A stretch of DNA of 58,548 nucleotides from a virus (lineage: Duplodnaviria > Caudoviricetes). The notes under the pieces are model-generated. The model worked only from the letters and a program-made list of their open reading frames with translations, was not told where the DNA came from and searched no databases. The position numbers and the translations under genes were made by a program. The stretch is taken from positions 1 to 58,548 of IMG/VR virus record IMGVR_UViG_3300045855_000047. One strand, 5' to 3'. Positions within the stretch are counted from its first letter, which is position 1, and the number at the start of each line of letters is the position of its first letter. Below are positions 53,858-58,548 of this stretch, one piece after another.

Positions 53858-56800
53858 GCCGCGGCAATAGAAACACTATCGGTACCGGCTCTGTAGCTCC
53901 GGTGTCCGGCGCCGGCACCACGCGCGCCAATCGCAACTCACATCCTGACGTATCCGGCCTGGCTGGCGCTGATGATTCTGAGCGCAAGGATCTGCCATCG
54001 GTCAACTCGCCTAACTTTCTGGAGAAGCTGCGCGAGGCGGTATCTGTCTATATGGGCAAGCGCGGCGACCCGCTGGACCGCGGCATCACCGTGCGGGATC
54101 TGGATACTGCCGGCCTGATCACCGTTACAGATGGCTACCTTTCAAACCCGGATTCATTCAACCCGATAGGCTCCATTGGTGGAGGTGTGCAAGCACCGTA
54201 CACGCCGGACCTATCGCCACCGCCCACTCCTACGGGCTTCATTGCGACCGGGGCAATCAGTGACTTCATTGTTGAGCATGACTCGCCAGGCTATGTTGCT
54301 GGAAATGGCCATGGCCGCACCAACCTATACGGCGCAACCTGGGTATCTGGCGCGCTGCCGGTTTTCTCAAGCGCGACCAAGCTCACATCCTTTGTGGGCA
54401 CCATCACATCCTACCCAACTGACCCGGCAACCACCTGGCGCCTGTGGATCAAGTGGGAGACAAAGGACGGCGTTGAATCGGTCACCTCGGCCGGCGGTGT
54501 AAATGGCCTGGCGGTTACCACGGCGCAAGATCCATCGAAGCTGGTAGCTGCTTTAACCGCGCAGATCACTGCCTCGCAACTGAATGCTACGCTTGGCACG
54601 CGCATCGATCTGATTGACGGTGCTAGTGTGGGTAGCGTGAATGCGCGCATCACGTCGGCTGTCGCCACTGAGGTGACCGACAGAACCACAGCAATAGCCG
54701 CTGAGGCATCTGCTAGGGCTGCGGCTATTGTGGTGGAGGCCAATGCCAGGGCATCCGACATTTCAATAGAGGCCTCGGCTCGGGCTGCTGCAGTGACGCA
54801 AGAGGCTATTGCCCGCGCTGATGCGCTTGGCATTGAGCTTAAGCAGCGTCTGGCCAAGGAACAGACCAATGCCGAGGCTGTGCTGCGCAACGTGCTGGCC
54901 AACAATACCAATGCCTTGAATGATGTGGCGAATATCGCCCTGGTTCGGACTGAGGTCACCCAAAGCTACCAGGCCGGTATTGCGGCCGAGGCTGCTCTAC
55001 GCACCACACTTGAGGCCAAGCTAACCACCGAGAAGGCAGCAACGCTAGCCCTAATCACCGACGAGCAGACCGCCCGGGCTACTGCCGATAGCGCCGAAGC
55101 TGCAGCGCGTCTGGCACTTGGAGCCAAAACGACTGCCGATATTGCCGCGGCTGTGCTCATTGAACAGACAGCGCGCACAACTGCAGATTCTGCAGAGGCT
55201 GCACTGCGCACCGCGCTTGCTGCCACTGTGGCTACCAATCAAAGCACGGCGCTTGCTGGGATCGCATCCGAGGCCACGGCCCGGGCATCCGCTGATAGCG
55301 CAGAGGCTGCGCAGCGTACTGCGCTGGAGGTGACAGTATCTGGCAACCTGACAACTGTCACAGGTCTGATCACCACCGAGGCCACAACCCGGGCCAATGC
55401 CGACACCGCAGAGGCTGCGCTTCGTGTTGCCCTGTCAACTCAGATCCTGGGCGCCGATGGCACAGCAACCACTGCCGGGAAGATTTACCAGGAATCCCTG
55501 ACGCGGGCTACGGCCGACACTGCACTTTCTCAACAGATTACCCTGCTTTCGGCTGGTGCTGGTGAGCAGTTCGACTGGCAAACCATCTGGTATTTCGATG
55601 CTGGAATTGAAAGCTGGACTGGTAATGGCACGCCTACAGCATCCGCTGGCTGGTTGCGCGCCGCCAACCAGGCGTCTGGAGCCTATGCAAACTCGCCGGC
55701 CGGTATTGCTGCAGATGCTTCAAAGTATGGCCAGGTGCGGCTGCGCATTCGCAAGACTGGGGCTCCGACCTTTGCCGGATGGCTGTACTGGCGCTCTACG
55801 ACTGATACGACATGGGATGTGGCCCGCCGCATCGCCTTGACGACGCCCACCTACGATGCAAACAACATTGGGCTGATCACCGTCACACCACCATGGTCCA
55901 ACACCATTGATATGGTGCGGGTGGATCTGTCATCCGCACAGACCGCCACCGATTACTTTGAAATCGACTGGGTTGCCGTTGGCCGTCCGAGTCCCGGCGC
56001 ATCGTCTGCCCAGCTTTACACGGAGCAAACGGCACGAGTTGATGCGGACACGGCTCTGACCACGAGTATTTCAACGCTGTCGTCGCAGGTCAACAACGTA
56101 ACGACCGGCCTACCTGCTGCGCACTCCGCGATTGCATCTGAGGCCAGCATAAGGGCCACCGCCGACACGGCCAACGCCACGGCCATTTCGACACTTTCCA
56201 GCCAGGTAAACGACTCGTCAACTGGCTTGCCGGCCGCGCACTCAGCCATATCTGCAGAGGCTACAACACGTTCGAGTGCTGACACTACCAATGCCACGGC
56301 GATAACGACGCTTTCGTCACAGGTCAACAATTCCACTACTGGACTGCCAGCGGCGCATTCGGCAATTGCAAGCGAGGCAACCACGCGCGCTAGTGCTGAC
56401 ACCACGAATGCGACTGCTATCAGCAACCTGTCATCGCAGGTAAATGATGCATCGACCGGGCTACCTGCTGCGCATTCGGCTATCACCAGTGAAGCTACCA
56501 CTAGGGCAAGCGCGGATACCACAAACGCCAGTGCCATCAGCACGCTGTCATCCCAAGTAAACGATGCCATAACCGGCTTACCTGCTGCTCATTCGGCAAT
56601 TGTTTCGGAGGCATCAACCAGGGCTTCTGCCGACACCACGAATGCCACAGCAATAAGCACTCTGTCCTCTACGGTGCTTGACCCTGCCACAGGCCTTGCT
56701 CAAACCCGAGCAGACCTAGTGAGCACTCAGGCGACCCTGGCCAGCGCCACTGCTGCTGCGGTTTCGGATAGCCGGGTGCTCAAGGTTCAGTCAAAGGCCA

Positions 56801-58548
56801 TCGATGAGGCCACGCTTCGTAATGTCCTGGCAATCGATAGCGCGGCAACGACATTCAGGGGAACACTGGCGCTGGCCAAGCAAGAGCTCAATGTCAACAT
56901 GGTGGAAGGTATCAGTGCGGAAGCTACAGCACGCTTGGCACTGGCTGCGCGGGTTGATGGAAACAGCGCGGCAATACTTTCTGAGCAGGCGGCGCGGGTC
57001 AGTGGTGATGCGGCTGAGGCAGTGGCCAGGACGGCGCTCTCTGCACTGGTGGATGCAAATGCTGCTGCTGTTGTTTCAGAGCAGGCCGCACGTGTTACGG
57101 CTGATGCTGCCGAAGCCTTGGCCAGGACAACGCTGGCGGCATCTGTTGCCGATAACGCAGCCGCGATTACCGCCGAGCAATCGGCCAGATCAGCCGGGGA
57201 TTCTGCCGAGGCTGCGGCGCGTACAGTCCTTGCAGCCCGCGTTACATCTGCCGAAGGTGGGATCGTCACCAACGCTGCCGCCATTGTGAGCGAGGCATTG
57301 GCTAGGGCTACTGCGGTGGATGCGGTTGCATCTGATGTGACAACGCTATCGTCTACGGTGTCTGGACATACATCGGCAATTTCTACCGAGGCGACTACCC
57401 GGGCCTCTGAAACCGGCGCATTGAGCGCCCAGTATTCGGTAAAGCTCGATGTCGATGGAAAGGTAAGCGGGTTCGGCATTGCATCTGACACGACCGAGGG
57501 AAGCACATTCCTAATCAGGGCTGACAAGATCGCATTCGCTGCGCCCTCTGGATCCACTGCTGGGAGCATCTACCCGTTCATCATCGACACGTCCACCAAC
57601 CAGGTAGCGTTTGATGGTGCATCCATCAGTACGGCAACAATCGGCAATGCTGCCATTCAGGATGCTGCGATTGACAATGCCAAGATCGCCAGCCTGAGCG
57701 CAGCCAAGATCACAGCCGGTGACCTTCAAGTGGGCGAGTACATCCAAAGCGCCACGACCGCTGATTACGGCTCTGGCCTGGAGCCGGCATGGTCAATCAA
57801 CGGTAGTGGTGAGGCGGTTTTTAATCAGGCAATCGTGCGGGGTACCGTATATGCCACTGATGGCGTTTTCTACGGTGAGGTGATTGCACGGGGCGCCGGA
57901 CTTGACATGGCGCGCATGTATTACGGAAATTTTGAAGTTTACAAGTCTGTCCCGGGCGTTGGCCAGGTTCTCTATAAGGCACTTTCCCGGGTAGAGTTCG
58001 GGGTTTGCGTCAATGCTGCAACCGTGACCATACCTGGCTACTTCAAGTCACAGCCTAAGATCATCGTGTCGCCCAACAGCATGCAGCTTTACACGCCTGC
58101 ATACGCCAGTCAAAACCAGAGCATCAAAGTCAGTGCCACGGCACCGGTGGAGACTTCAACCGGATCCATGGTGTGGCAGTTCACGCCGACCGCGCAGCTG
58201 GTGCTGGCATCCGGCTCCAGTTCCACGGTCATCAATCAGACCAGTGGCCTAGTATCTTCAAATAGCTGGACGAGCTCGACCTACACCACAGTAGCCAACA
58301 CATCTTCCATCACGCCATCTGTCACGATTGCCTCAAACCGTGGCAATGGTTTGTCGCAATATCTGTATCGAACTGTGCGTTGGCGTGTTGAATACTGGAA
58401 TGGATCTGCCTGGATTACCAGCGGGGCATTCACAACTGTGAACCTGGGCGCCGATACGGCTGCAAGTGCCACCAGTACGGAAACCTTCGCGTTTCCGAGC
58501 CCAGGGGCCTGGCAGTTCCGCATTTATGCTGAGGCCTACGATACCAAT
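53854..58548 (+). CDS. Long tail fiber/host-specificity protein (about 1754 aa across the origin, ends at 765)
   Basis: ATGA overlap at 53854. Absent from the ORF track because it runs off the end. Coiled-coil E-A-T-x-R-A repeats, CBM-like domain (~55560-56000), DUF1983-like YSVKLDVDGKVSGFG...FLIRADK (~57420). Confidence 0.85.
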   Translation, partial: MSRGNRNTIGTGSVAPVSGAGTTRANRNSHPDVSGLAGADDSERKDLPSVNSPNFLEKLREAVSVYMGKRGDPLDRGITVRDLDTAGLITVTDGYLSNPDSFNPIGSIGGGVQAPYTPDLSPPPTPTGFIATGAISDFIVEHDSPGYVAGNGHGRTNLYGATWVSGALPVFSSATKLTSFVGTITSYPTDPATTWRLWIKWETKDGVESVTSAGGVNGLAVTTAQDPSKLVAALTAQITASQLNATLGTRIDLIDGASVGSVNARITSAVATEVTDRTTAIAAEASARAAAIVVEANARASDISIEASARAAAVTQEAIARADALGIELKQRLAKEQTNAEAVLRNVLANNTNALNDVANIALVRTEVTQSYQAGIAAEAALRTTLEAKLTTEKAATLALITDEQTARATADSAEAAARLALGAKTTADIAAAVLIEQTARTTADSAEAALRTALAATVATNQSTALAGIASEATARASADSAEAAQRTALEVTVSGNLTTVTGLITTEATTRANADTAEAALRVALSTQILGADGTATTAGKIYQESLTRATADTALSQQITLLSAGAGEQFDWQTIWYFDAGIESWTGNGTPTASAGWLRAANQASGAYANSPAGIAADASKYGQVRLRIRKTGAPTFAGWLYWRSTTDTTWDVARRIALTTPTYDANNIGLITVTPPWSNTIDMVRVDLSSAQTATDYFEIDWVAVGRPSPGASSAQLYTEQTARVDADTALTTSISTLSSQVNNVTTGLPAAHSAIASEASIRATADTANATAISTLSSQVNDSSTGLPAAHSAISAEATTRSSADTTNATAITTLSSQVNNSTTGLPAAHSAIASEATTRASADTTNATAISNLSSQVNDASTGLPAAHSAITSEATTRASADTTNASAISTLSSQVNDAITGLPAAHSAIVSEASTRASADTTNATAISTLSSTVLDPATGLAQTRADLVSTQATLASATAAAVSDSRVLKVQSKAIDEATLRNVLAIDSAATTFRGTLALAKQELNVNMVEGISAEATARLALAARVDGNSAAILSEQAARVSGDAAEAVARTALSALVDANAAAVVSEQAARVTADAAEALARTTLAASVADNAAAITAEQSARSAGDSAEAAARTVLAARVTSAEGGIVTNAAAIVSEALARATAVDAVASDVTTLSSTVSGHTSAISTEATTRASETGALSAQYSVKLDVDGKVSGFGIASDTTEGSTFLIRADKIAFAAPSGSTAGSIYPFIIDTSTNQVAFDGASISTATIGNAAIQDAAIDNAKIASLSAAKITAGDLQVGEYIQSATTADYGSGLEPAWSINGSGEAVFNQAIVRGTVYATDGVFYGEVIARGAGLDMARMYYGNFEVYKSVPGVGQVLYKALSRVEFGVCVNAATVTIPGYFKSQPKIIVSPNSMQLYTPAYASQNQSIKVSATAPVETSTGSMVWQFTPTAQLVLASGSSSTVINQTSGLVSSNSWTSSTYTTVANTSSITPSVTIASNRGNGLSQYLYRTVRWRVEYWNGSAWITSGAFTTVNLGADTAASATSTETFAFPSPGAWQFRIYAEAYDTN
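56104..56688 (+). repeat. Five tandem 117-bp (39-aa) coding repeats
   Basis: TGLPAAHSAIxSEAxxRxxADTxNAxAIxxLSSQVN units start at 56104, 56221, 56338, 56455 and 56572. Confidence 0.9.
58354..58548 (+). repeat. Terminal direct repeat, copy 2
   Basis: Matches 1-195. Confidence 0.97.

Noticed and set aside
56104-56688. CRISPR array or second DGR repeat set
   Set aside because: In-frame coding repeats with synonymous, not adenine-specific, differences and no repeat-spacer structure.

Overview
The window is one complete, circularly permuted temperate phage genome of about 58.35 kb. Bases 1-195 repeat at 58354-58548, and an intact attP carries the 3' half of tRNA-Leu(CAA). Gene order resembles Bcep22-like podophages, so a betaproteobacterial host is inferred but not shown. 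Modules are: ejection proteins plus a 4778-aa DarB-like polyvalent protein (794-18367); integration and leftward early genes (18430-30085); a cI/cro switch; replication; packaging; a lysis cassette placed just after the portal; head and tail genes; and a complete diversity-generating retroelement (DGR: target with VR, avd, TR, RT at 48980-51804). All 20 VR/TR mismatches fall on TR adenines. The most novel signal is inside the giant gene. Its 'disordered linkers' are overprinted by small genes with their own ribosome-binding sites. An antisense 80-aa acidic ORF directly follows a RelA/SpoT-like domain and may be an antitoxin. A +1-frame TnpV-like ORF points the other way. Between them lie divergent promoter elements overlapped by a copy of the phage's 14-bp operator. 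Also noted: a genome-wide operator family, a 13-bp late-gene motif, a c4-like structured RNA before the replication gene, a CsrA-like gene with CAGGA-rich early leaders, and a DDxxD prenyltransferase-like gene next to an ejection protein that begins Met-Cys-Cys. All family assignments come from motif recognition by eye; no database searches were run.
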